Positions 8,995-17,231 of a stretch of DNA of 32,000 bases are shown one piece after another; positions within the stretch are counted from its first letter, which is position 1, and every line of letters begins with the position of its first letter. The stretch comes from Nostoc punctiforme PCC 73102 (GTDB taxonomy: Bacteria > Cyanobacteriota > Cyanobacteriia > Cyanobacteriales > Nostocaceae). Location: the NCBI RefSeq assembly GCF_000020025.1, contig NC_010628.1, forward strand, positions 1,230,001-1,262,000. Direction: 5' to 3'. The translations under genes and the position numbers were made by a program. The notes below the pieces were generated by a model. It was given only the letters and a program-made list of their open reading frames with translations, did no database searches and was not told the origin of the DNA.

Positions 8995-9072
8995 GTTATC
9001 ACTGGCGACTGGAAAAGAACTCTTACCTTAATACCTAATACTCAATCCATAACTTTTTAGGAAAATGAAACC

Positions 9073-9945
9073 ATGATTAATGCTAAACTTGCCGCACAAT
9101 CTCATCCGAATCACCAGACAATCGTTAAAATCTCAGAAAAAGTCGCTTTCGGAGGCGAAGAACTGGTAATTATCGGCGGCCCCTGTACCGTTGAAAGCTT
9201 AGAACAAATGGAGATTGTCGCCCAAAAGCTATCTACTGCATCGATACAGGGGTTGCGTGGCGGTGTCTACAAACCTCGCACATCTCCCTACGCTTTCCAG
9301 GGTATGGGTGAGGAAGGATTGAGGATTTTGGCAAGGGTGCGATCGCATTACAATATGCCAGTTGTCACTGAGGTGATGTCAATTTCTCAAATTGAAGTAG
9401 TCGCCGCCCATGCTGATATGCTTCAAGTTGGCAGTCGTAATATGCAAAACTTCGACTTGCTCAAAGCTTTGGGACAAGCTGGTAAACCAATATTACTCAA
9501 ACGTGGTTTAGCAGCGACTATTGAAGAATTTGTCATGGCTGCTGAATATATTCTTAGCCACGGGAATCCTGATGTGGTGTTGTGCGAAAGAGGTATCCGC
9601 AGCTTCGATGATTACACCCGCAATGTCCTAGATTTAGCAGCAGTGGCAGCACTCAAGCAAATAACTCACCTGCCTGTGATTGTAGATCCTTCCCATGCTG
9701 TCGGTAAACGGGAACTGGTAGCACCTGTGGCTAGGGCTGCGATCGCTTGCGGTGCTGATGGATTAATTATTGAATGTCACCCACAACCAGAAAAATCTGT
9801 TTCTGATGCCCGTCAAGCACTCTCTTTAGAAGATATGGTGCGTTTAGTTGATAGTTTAAAGCCTGTAGCAAAAGCCGTTGGGCGCAATATATCATCAAAT
9901 GTCGGGGCGGGTTTATCACCTGCCCCAATTTTTTATGCTGCTTAA
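9073..9945 (+). CDS. aroF: 3-deoxy-7-phosphoheptulonate (DAHP) synthase, type I-beta
   Basis: LVIIGGPCTVES, GGVYKPRTSPYAFQG, LQVGSRNMQNF, LLKRG and VDPSHA motifs are typical of Bacillus/Thermotoga-type DAHP synthases (KDO8P-synthase-like fold). Length is 290 aa. Confidence 0.85.
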   Translation: MINAKLAAQSHPNHQTIVKISEKVAFGGEELVIIGGPCTVESLEQMEIVAQKLSTASIQGLRGGVYKPRTSPYAFQGMGEEGLRILARVRSHYNMPVVTEVMSISQIEVVAAHADMLQVGSRNMQNFDLLKALGQAGKPILLKRGLAATIEEFVMAAEYILSHGNPDVVLCERGIRSFDDYTRNVLDLAAVAALKQITHLPVIVDPSHAVGKRELVAPVARAAIACGADGLIIECHPQPEKSVSDARQALSLEDMVRLVDSLKPVAKAVGRNISSNVGAGLSPAPIFYAA

Positions 9946-10277
9946 ATTTCAGTTGAGGGCGATTGCTTAAATGTCTGAGTCAAAATATTTATTTTGGCTG
10001 AACGACAAACTGCGATGCCTACGGCGGTAAACTACGCCTTCGTAAAATAAAATTGTTGCTTAGACTATTCCACTTATTCTCAAATAATTTTTGCAACACA
10101 ACCCTAAATATATATAAATAAAGTCACAACAATTTATTTCTAAAAGGGGTAGGCGAAAAAAGCAATTATTAGTACACTAATGTTTAGCTTGACTAACATT
10201 CTGCTTATCTAATTAGAATTAATCGCAACCAACCATTTTGCAAAAAATGCGATGTCTAACGACAAGCTAGTACGTGT

Positions 10278-11729
10278 ATGTGCTTCCCCTTTCCCCAAAT
10301 TGTTAATATGCGCCGTTTAGTTTCTATTCAGACGATAAAGTCTTCGTCCTTGACTGCTCAAACTATTTTTAGCTTTCATAACGTTATTCAAAGAGGACGG
10401 TTTTCATTACTTGTATTAGGTCTAACTTACTTATGTGCTGCCTGTAATGCTTCCGAAGCCCAATCAAGTGGAAAAGAAGCAGGAAAAAAGCGAGCCGTGC
10501 CAGTGGTGGTTGCCACTGCGGCTCAAAAAACTATTCCAGTACAGTTATCGGCTACGGGGACAGTTGAAGCATATTCTACAGTATCTGTCAAATCTCAAGT
10601 TGGTGGGCAACTGACTGGAGTCTATTTTCAGCAAGGACAGAACGTTAAGAAAGGAGACTTGTTATTTAAAATTGATTCTCGCCCTCTACAAGCTGCGCTG
10701 ATGCAAGCTAATGCTGCCAAGGCAAAAGATTTGGCTCAGGTAAAACAGGCACAGGCTAATGTGCTAAAAGCGATCGCTCAAGTGAACCAGGCAAAAGCGA
10801 ATGTCGTGAAGGATAAGTCCCAGGCAACAAATGCAAATGTGCAAGCTCAACGTTATAGTAGTTTGCTCAAGCAAGGGGCAATCAGTAAAGAACAGTCGGA
10901 ACAGTATCAGACTACTGCTGCTGCTCAACAAGCAACGGTAAAGGCAGATCAAGAGGGAGTGGCAAATGCTCAGGCTGCGGTGGCAGCAGCTCAAGCAGAT
11001 GTACAAAATGCTCAGGCGGTGGTACTAGCAGATGAAGCTGCGATCGATAATGCTAAAGTTCAGCTTTCTTATACTTCCATCTACTCACCAATTGCTGGAC
11101 GCACGGGTAGTCTGAAGCTAAATCAAGGCAACTTGGTAGAGGCGAATGCTACCGATCCGCTAATTACAATCAGTCAAATTCACCCGATTTACGTCAACTT
11201 TTCCATTGCCCAGCGATTACTGCCAGATATCAAAAAATACAGTGCTAATAACGGCAAGTTAGAAGTCGATGCTTTACCTCCTAAAGACGCAGGGCGGCCA
11301 GTACGAGGCGAACTTACCTTTGTCGATAGTGGAGTCAATACCCAAACAGGTACGATTCAACTTAAGGGTACTTTTGCCAACAATGACGATCGCCTGTTTC
11401 CGGGACAGTTTGTTAATGTAGTCCTCAAACTGAGCGAAGAACCAAATGCCATTACTGTTCCTTCCCAGGCGGTACAGAGTGGGCAAAAGGGACAATTTGT
11501 GTATGTGGTCAAACCCGACAAAACAGCAGAAATGCGGACAATTACCGTCGGCGACACCGTTGAGAACGAAACGGTAATTAAACAAGGGTTGAAACCAGGT
11601 GAGCAAGTAGTTATTGATGGACAATTCAACCTAGTGCCTGGTGCCACAGTCCAAGTGAAACCGGAGGTAGGAAGCAGGGGGGCAGGGGGCAGAGGGGCAG
11701 GGGGAGGAGGAGCAGGGGGAGAAAGGTAA
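10278..11729 (+). CDS. RND efflux periplasmic adaptor (membrane fusion protein)
   Basis: Lipoyl-like GQNVKKGDLLFKID, a long Ala/Gln coiled-coil hairpin, and SPIAGRTG. It lies immediately upstream of an RND pump. The start is ambiguous (ATG 10278 or 10308). The C-terminal GSRGAGGRGAGGGGAGGER is encoded by a G-rich repeat. Confidence 0.85.
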   Translation: MCFPFPQIVNMRRLVSIQTIKSSSLTAQTIFSFHNVIQRGRFSLLVLGLTYLCAACNASEAQSSGKEAGKKRAVPVVVATAAQKTIPVQLSATGTVEAYSTVSVKSQVGGQLTGVYFQQGQNVKKGDLLFKIDSRPLQAALMQANAAKAKDLAQVKQAQANVLKAIAQVNQAKANVVKDKSQATNANVQAQRYSSLLKQGAISKEQSEQYQTTAAAQQATVKADQEGVANAQAAVAAAQADVQNAQAVVLADEAAIDNAKVQLSYTSIYSPIAGRTGSLKLNQGNLVEANATDPLITISQIHPIYVNFSIAQRLLPDIKKYSANNGKLEVDALPPKDAGRPVRGELTFVDSGVNTQTGTIQLKGTFANNDDRLFPGQFVNVVLKLSEEPNAITVPSQAVQSGQKGQFVYVVKPDKTAEMRTITVGDTVENETVIKQGLKPGEQVVIDGQFNLVPGATVQVKPEVGSRGAGGRGAGGGGAGGER

Positions 11730-11852
11730 ACTCCTCACTCAGCACGGGTAAACGCTCGGCTACTGCTAACAGCACTCATTACTTTTCAATCAGCGCTGGC
11801 TCAACGCCCATCTACCGCTAACAGCAATCTTTATTCCTTACTTAGCACTCAG

Positions 11853-14800
11853 ATGAACATTTCCGAGCTATTTATCCGGCGACCAATCATGACGACTCTA
11901 GTTATGGTTGGCATTTTGATATTTGGACTGATCAGTTACCAACAGCTACCTGTTAGCGACTTACCCAATGTAGATTATCCAACACTCCAGGTAACAGCTA
12001 ATCTACCCGGAGCTAGCCCAGAAACGATGGCTGCCTCAGTCGCAACTCCTTTAGAGCAGCAGTTTTCGAGCATCGCGGGATTGAGTTCGATGAACTCTAC
12101 CAGTTCTTTGGGTACTACACAGCTGACGCTGCAATTTGACCTGAATCGGGATATTGACGGTGCGGCACAAGATGTCCAGTCTGCGATCGCTAAGGGAGCA
12201 AAACAGTTACCGACAAATATGCCTAATCCGCCATCTTACCGAAAGGTAAATCCGGCGGATCAGCCAGTCCTTTATATCTCCCTCAATTCGTCTATTCTGC
12301 CCCTCTCAACTGTAGATAAGTACGCTGAAACATTGCTGGCACAACGCCTGTCAATGGTGGATGGAGTAGCACAAGTGCAGGTGTTTGGTTCCCAAAAGTA
12401 CGCGGTACGAATTCAGCTTGACCCGGAAGCGCTGAGTGTCAAAGGCATAGGAATCGATGAAGTCGCTGATGCGATCGCTAACGGAAATGTCAATCTGCCT
12501 ACGGGGACACTTTACGGTAAGCAGCAAAATTCTACAATTCAAGCAAACGGTCAACTCAACGATGCCGCCAGCTATCGCTCTCTAAGTGTGGCTTATCAGA
12601 ACGGCGCACCAGTGCAGCTAGGAGAACTAGGTCAAGTTCTGGACAGCGTGGAAAATGACAAGATTGCGAGTTGGTATTTTCCTGTTAAGAAAGAGAGCAG
12701 GGAAGCAGGGGAGAAGTCCCAATCTAAAAATTCTGGGGTGCGGGCGATCGTTTTGGCAATTCAGCGTCAACCGGGAACTAATACTGTTCAAGTAGTAGAT
12801 GCAATCAAGAAACTGTTACCTACCTTTCGGACACAGATTCCGGCGGCTGTGAACATGGATATTCTCTATGATCGCTCCCAATCAATTCGGGAGTCGGTAG
12901 ATGATGTACAATTCACGCTGTTGCTCACCATCGCTCTGGTGGTGCTGGTTATCTTTCTATTTCTCCGCAATATCTCTGCTACTGTTATTCCCAGTTTGGC
13001 AGTACCGCTTTCGATAGTAGCAACCTTTGGAGTCATGGTACTACTGGGTTTCTCCCTCGATAACCTATCACTGATGGCGTTGACCCTTTCAGTAGGTTTC
13101 GTGGTAGATGATGCGGTAGTCATGCTAGAGAATATTGTCCGCCACATGGAAATGGGCGAAAGCCGGATGGAAGCAGCCCTAAATGGTTCTAGAGAGATTG
13201 GTTTCACAATTTTATCTATGACCATCTCTCTGGTAGCAGTATTCATCCCAATCCTTTTCATGGAAGGCATTTTGGGGCGACTGTTTCGGGAGTTTGCCGT
13301 TACTATTAGCGTTGCAATCTTGGTATCTGGCGTAATTTCCCTCAGCTTGACACCAATGCTGTGTTCCAGATTCTTGAGTCCACCTCATCATGAGCAGGAG
13401 AGTGAGGGGGATGAGGAGCATACTTCTCTACGAGAGGCTGTGCCAACGACTACGCTCAGTAACCGGGGGAGCAGGGGAGCAGGGGAGCAGGGGAGTAGGG
13501 GAGATGAGGAGCAGGGGAGAGAGGGAGAAATTCTTAACTCCGAGTCCCATTCGACTACGCTCACGGCAAGCCCAGCACCTAGTCTCCAGTCCCGAATCAA
13601 AAACTTTAACCGTCGTCTCTACAACTTTTCGGAAAACGTTTTTAATGTGATATTGGGCGGATACGATTGGAGTTTGAAGAAATCACTCAAGTATCACCGC
13701 ACGACGATGGTGATTTCGGGAGCGATTCTTGTAGCGACAGTGTATCTATTTATCATTGTGCCTAAAGGATTTGTTCCCAACGCAGATGTTGGACAAATTA
13801 CGGCAACAACTCAGGCATCAGAGGATATATCCTTTGATGAGATGGTAAAACATCAACAAGCTGTAGCTGCGATCGCTTATCGCGATCCTAATGTTGATTC
13901 CATCAACTCCAGTGTTGGGGCTGGTGGCCCAAATGCTTCCGCCAACGCGGGACGGCTTTTAATTGAACTCAAGCCCCGCGATGAGCGCCGTCTCAGTGCT
14001 GATGAAGTTGTCCAGGAACTCCGGCCTAAGCTGTCAGGTGTACCCGGAATCAAGGTTTTCTTGCAAAATCCCCCAGCGATTAATGTGGGTGGACAACAGA
14101 CAAAAGCACAGTATCAATTTACTCTGCAAAGTCCTAATATTCAGGAACTTTACCAATACGCTCCAGCTTTAGAAGAGAAATTGCGATCGCTCTCAGATTT
14201 ACAAGATGTTAACAGCGATTTGCAAATCAAGAATCCGCAAGTAAAAGTAGACATCAACCGCGACCAAGCTTCAGCTCTAGGTTTGACCGCCAATCAAATC
14301 GAAACTGCTTTGAGTAATGCTTATGGTACTCGCCAAGTTTCTACCATCTACGCCCCCGATAGCCAATACCAAGTAATTATGGGCGTGGAACCAAAATATC
14401 AGCAAAATGCCAACGCCCTAGATTTACTCTCAGTTCGTGCCCCTAGTGGACAACTTGTACCTCTCAATGCCGTAGCAACCTTGAGCAAAGATGTAGGCCC
14501 CTTAACTATCAACCATAAAGGGCAACTGGCATCTGTCACCTTCTCCTTTAACCTGAAGCCAGGGGTGTCACTAGGTAACGTCACTGGGAAAATTGAGGAA
14601 CTTGCCCGCCAAACACTGCCACCTACTATTAGTACAGGCTTCCAAGGTTCAGCGCAAGCATTTCAATCTTCAATTCAGGGTTTAGGACTGCTACTGCTGG
14701 TTGCCATCTTGGTGATTTATATCGTGTTGGGAATTCTCTACGAGAACTTCATTCACCCGTTAACAATCCTTTCTAGCTTACCTTCTGCTGGATTTGGAGC

Positions 14801-15200
14801 AATACTGACCCTGTTGCTGTTTCAAGTTGACTTGAATATTTACGCTTTCGTCGGCATCATTCTGCTAGTTGGCATTGTGAAGAAAAACGGAATTATGATG
14901 GTTGACTTTGCGATCGTTGCCCGTCACAACGGCAAAACCCCTTATGATGCTATCTATGAAGCCTGCTTGGTGAGATTTCGTCCAATTATGATGACGACAA
15001 TGGCAGCACTCATGGGAACTTTACCAATTGCCCTCGGTTTGGGAGCCGGAGCAGATACACGTCGTCCCCTTGGTTTAGCAGTAGTTGGGGGGTTAGTATT
15101 CTCGCAGTTCCTCACACTTTATTTAACACCCGTTTTCTACACCTACATGGAGTCTTGGCAAACCAAGATGAAAAAACGTAACTGGCGCAAACAGCCTTGA
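11853..15200 (+). CDS. RND efflux permease (AcrB/MdtB/MdtC-like)
   Basis: 1115 aa with 12-TM RND architecture. N-terminal MNISELFIRRPIMTT and the TM4 proton-relay GFVVDDAVVMLENI. It contains an extra acidic/Gly-rich segment of about 55 aa after TM6, encoded by a dispersed repeat. Confidence 0.9.
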   Translation: MNISELFIRRPIMTTLVMVGILIFGLISYQQLPVSDLPNVDYPTLQVTANLPGASPETMAASVATPLEQQFSSIAGLSSMNSTSSLGTTQLTLQFDLNRDIDGAAQDVQSAIAKGAKQLPTNMPNPPSYRKVNPADQPVLYISLNSSILPLSTVDKYAETLLAQRLSMVDGVAQVQVFGSQKYAVRIQLDPEALSVKGIGIDEVADAIANGNVNLPTGTLYGKQQNSTIQANGQLNDAASYRSLSVAYQNGAPVQLGELGQVLDSVENDKIASWYFPVKKESREAGEKSQSKNSGVRAIVLAIQRQPGTNTVQVVDAIKKLLPTFRTQIPAAVNMDILYDRSQSIRESVDDVQFTLLLTIALVVLVIFLFLRNISATVIPSLAVPLSIVATFGVMVLLGFSLDNLSLMALTLSVGFVVDDAVVMLENIVRHMEMGESRMEAALNGSREIGFTILSMTISLVAVFIPILFMEGILGRLFREFAVTISVAILVSGVISLSLTPMLCSRFLSPPHHEQESEGDEEHTSLREAVPTTTLSNRGSRGAGEQGSRGDEEQGREGEILNSESHSTTLTASPAPSLQSRIKNFNRRLYNFSENVFNVILGGYDWSLKKSLKYHRTTMVISGAILVATVYLFIIVPKGFVPNADVGQITATTQASEDISFDEMVKHQQAVAAIAYRDPNVDSINSSVGAGGPNASANAGRLLIELKPRDERRLSADEVVQELRPKLSGVPGIKVFLQNPPAINVGGQQTKAQYQFTLQSPNIQELYQYAPALEEKLRSLSDLQDVNSDLQIKNPQVKVDINRDQASALGLTANQIETALSNAYGTRQVSTIYAPDSQYQVIMGVEPKYQQNANALDLLSVRAPSGQLVPLNAVATLSKDVGPLTINHKGQLASVTFSFNLKPGVSLGNVTGKIEELARQTLPPTISTGFQGSAQAFQSSIQGLGLLLLVAILVIYIVLGILYENFIHPLTILSSLPSAGFGAILTLLLFQVDLNIYAFVGIILLVGIVKKNGIMMVDFAIVARHNGKTPYDAIYEACLVRFRPIMMTTMAALMGTLPIALGLGAGADTRRPLGLAVVGGLVFSQFLTLYLTPVFYTYMESWQTKMKKRNWRKQP
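13393..13590 (+). repeat. Dispersed repeat element embedded in-frame in the RND pump gene (approximate borders)
   Basis: GGAGCATACTTCTCTACGAGAGGCTG (13415..13440) and ACGACTACGCTCAGTAACCGGGGGAGCAGGGGA (13446..13478), followed by 8-nt G-rich repeats. They match the reverse complement of 17021..17146. Confidence 0.75.
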
Positions 15201-15260
15201 CACTCACCCGACTGAACAAATAACGCTTGGTTGATTTGTTCTTTATAATCACTAACTCTT

Positions 15261-15291
15261 GACTCCCTTCATTTTAGAGGGGAGTTTTTTA
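15261..15291 (+). terminator. Intrinsic terminator after the RND pump gene
   Basis: ACTCCC (15262..15267) pairs with GGGAGT (15280..15285), followed by a T-run to 15290. Confidence 0.55.
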
Positions 15292-15431
15292 TGTATCATA
15301 GTTATTTTTGCTAGTCAACCTTGATTAACTTTCCCATAATTGCGATCGCAAATCCCCAGCCTCCAAACATCGAAGAGCCGTAGTATGGCACTTGAGATTG
15401 AAGGAAGTATAATATTCCATACAAGAGCTAG

Positions 15432-15741
15432 GTTAATGAGTATCAAAGGTGGATTCATCCAGTTCAAACACTCGTTGACGGAGATAAAAGGTGGATTCAT
15501 CCAGTTCAAACACTCGTTGACGGAGATAAAAGGTGGATTCATCCAGTTCAAACACTCATTGACGGAGATAAAAGGTGGATTCATCCAGTTCAAACACTCG
15601 TTGATGGAGATAAAAGGTGGATTCATCCAGTTCAAATACTCGTTGACGGAGATAAAAGGTGGATTCATCCAGTTCAAATACTCGTTGACGGAGATAAAAG
15701 GTGGATTCATCCAGTTCAAATACTCGTTGACGGAGATAAAA
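15432..15741. repeat. Tandem array: 7 full copies of a 42-bp unit plus a degenerate leading copy
   Basis: The unit is GGTGGATTCATCCAGTTCAAACACTCGTTGACGGAGATAAAA, with copies starting at 15448, 15490, 15532, 15574, 15616, 15658 and 15700. Variants: AAACACTCG (units 1, 2, 4), AAACACTCA (unit 3), GATGG (unit 4), AAATACTCG (units 5-7). Units are contiguous with no spacers. Confidence 0.95.
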
Positions 15742-16018
15742 GGCTGAACAAGCCTTTGAATTGCAATATGCTTAGAATAAGTTTTTTCTCCCTCTGCTCC
15801 CCTTGCCCCTGACCTACGGTGTACACACAAGTTATCGAATCACTAGCAGTCCTCGAATTACCCCACCCTAACCCTCCCCTTTACAAGGGGAGGGAACAAG
15901 ATTCTTTTAAATTCACAGCGTCTATTAAAATTAGATTAGAATTCAGGAATCAAGAGTCAGAATTGAGAAGTTAGAAGGCAACCCACGCGCAACTATTCAC
16001 GCCGACCTACTTAAAATT

Positions 16019-16963
16019 ATGTCTGACGCAATTATTCAATCTGAATTATTGGATAACAAAGCTGATAAAGAGCAAAACCTCTGTCAGATTCTCAGTGTAC
16101 AGGAGTTAAGTGTTCTAAACGATCGCTCCAACTCCAAAGGGCTAGTTCAACTGGCTTTGCACCTCACAGTCATGGTTTGCAGTGGCTATCTGTGGGGAAC
16201 AAACTTTGGCAATTGGTCACTGGCTATACCAGCACTGGTAATTTATGGCTTCAGTCTGGCTTCCATGTTTGCACCGATGCACGAATGCGTTCACAGAACG
16301 GCTTTTGCCAACAATCGATTAAATGAAGCTGTAGCTTGGTTTTCCGGCTTGCTCTCATTTTACAACAGCACATTCTTTCGTCGTTATCATAAATGGCATC
16401 ATCGCTACACTCGCGTTCCTGACAAAGATCCCGAACTAACCGATCTCAAACCGAGTAATCTGGGTAAATACTTGTTGATAATTAGCGGTTTACCGTGGTG
16501 GCAGGGTAAATTAAGCGGGCATTTTCAGGTTGCAACAGGTCAATTTGACGATTTTCCATTTGTGCCAGAAGCCGCACGAGCCGAAGTTATTCGCTCTACT
16601 CGATGGCAATTAGGTATTTATGTAAGTGCGATCGCAATCTCAATTCTATTTGGTCAACCTTGGTTTTTCCTGTATTGGCTGCTACCCCTGCTTATCGGTC
16701 AGCCGATTCTCCGTTTCATTCTGCTAGCAGAACATACAGGTTGCACTCTTGACGCTAATCTGCTCACAAATACGCGCACAACCCTAACCCTTTGGCCTGT
16801 AAGATTTTTCATGTGGAATATGCCATATCATGCAGAGCATCATTTGTACGCATCAATTCCTTTTCACGCTCTGCCAAAAGCACATCAGCAATTGAGCCAA
16901 CACTTTACCCACATTGAACCTGGCTATGTGAAAGTCAACTGGGATATCATAACTAATTCGTAA
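16019..16963 (+). CDS. Membrane fatty-acid-desaturase-family protein (di-iron, three His boxes)
   Basis: HECVH, HKWHHRY and HAEHH boxes with intervening hydrophobic segments. Substrate cannot be determined from the sequence. Confidence 0.75.
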   Translation: MSDAIIQSELLDNKADKEQNLCQILSVQELSVLNDRSNSKGLVQLALHLTVMVCSGYLWGTNFGNWSLAIPALVIYGFSLASMFAPMHECVHRTAFANNRLNEAVAWFSGLLSFYNSTFFRRYHKWHHRYTRVPDKDPELTDLKPSNLGKYLLIISGLPWWQGKLSGHFQVATGQFDDFPFVPEAARAEVIRSTRWQLGIYVSAIAISILFGQPWFFLYWLLPLLIGQPILRFILLAEHTGCTLDANLLTNTRTTLTLWPVRFFMWNMPYHAEHHLYASIPFHALPKAHQQLSQHFTHIEPGYVKVNWDIITNS

Positions 16964-17020
16964 TTCGTAATATTTCGACTGCGCTCAATACAAGTTCGTA
17001 ATTCGTAATTGGGCATTGCT

Positions 17021-17146
17021 TATTTCTCCCTCTGCCTCCCCTGCTCCCCCGGTTACTGAGCGTAGTCGTAAAGCCTGCGGCATAGCTACGCTTAGGGCGC
17101 AGCCTCTCGTAGAGAAGTATGCTCCCATTCCCCACTCCCATTCCCT
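17021..17146 (-). repeat. Intergenic copy of the element found inside the RND pump gene
   Basis: Its reverse complement reads GGAGCATACTTCTCTACGAGAGGCTGCGCC...ACGACTACGCTCAGTAACCGGGGGAGCAGGGGAGGCAGAGGGAG. It has about 25 extra internal nt relative to the 13.4-kb copy. It explains track ORF 16953..17141. Confidence 0.75.
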
Positions 17147-17231
17147 TTGATTTTAATTTGCTCTAGACTCGACCTTAACGCACCTTTGTCAGATCATGAA
17201 GAATGATTAATAAAAACGAGTATAGACAAAT

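Noticed and set aside
9971-10030. 19-codon ORF (MSESKYLFWLNDKLRCLRR) just downstream of aroF, also with aromatic residues.
   Set aside because: It lies after the gene rather than in a leader. It has no terminator or antiterminator pairing, and its 3' half is the common ...GCCTACGGCGGTAAACTACGCC... repeat. It is probably fortuitous.
10764-14584. Numerous antisense or out-of-frame track ORFs inside the adaptor and pump genes. The same applies inside ahcY, the MscS gene and the second pump.
   Set aside because: They are shadow ORFs within strongly supported long genes, and none has an independent motif.
15432-15741. Possible CRISPR array.
   Set aside because: The repeats are directly contiguous with no unique spacers, and no cas genes are in the window.
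15315-15830. Track ORFs 15315..15830 (minus) and 15340..15747 (plus), which look like repeat proteins.
   Set aside because: Both are open only because the 42-bp (14-codon) tandem unit lacks stops in those frames. Their starts lie in other dispersed-repeat DNA (the GTGTACACCGTAGG and G-rich motifs). I saw no ribosome-binding site. Two overlapping antisense ORFs of the same origin cannot both be real.
16953-17141. Track ORF (minus) MGVGNGSILLYERL...TTTLSNRGSRGGRG.
   Set aside because: It is the translation of the dispersed repeat element and gives the same LLYERL/TTTLSNRGSRG peptide as one frame of the copy in the RND pump. It is intergenic repeat DNA, not a gene.
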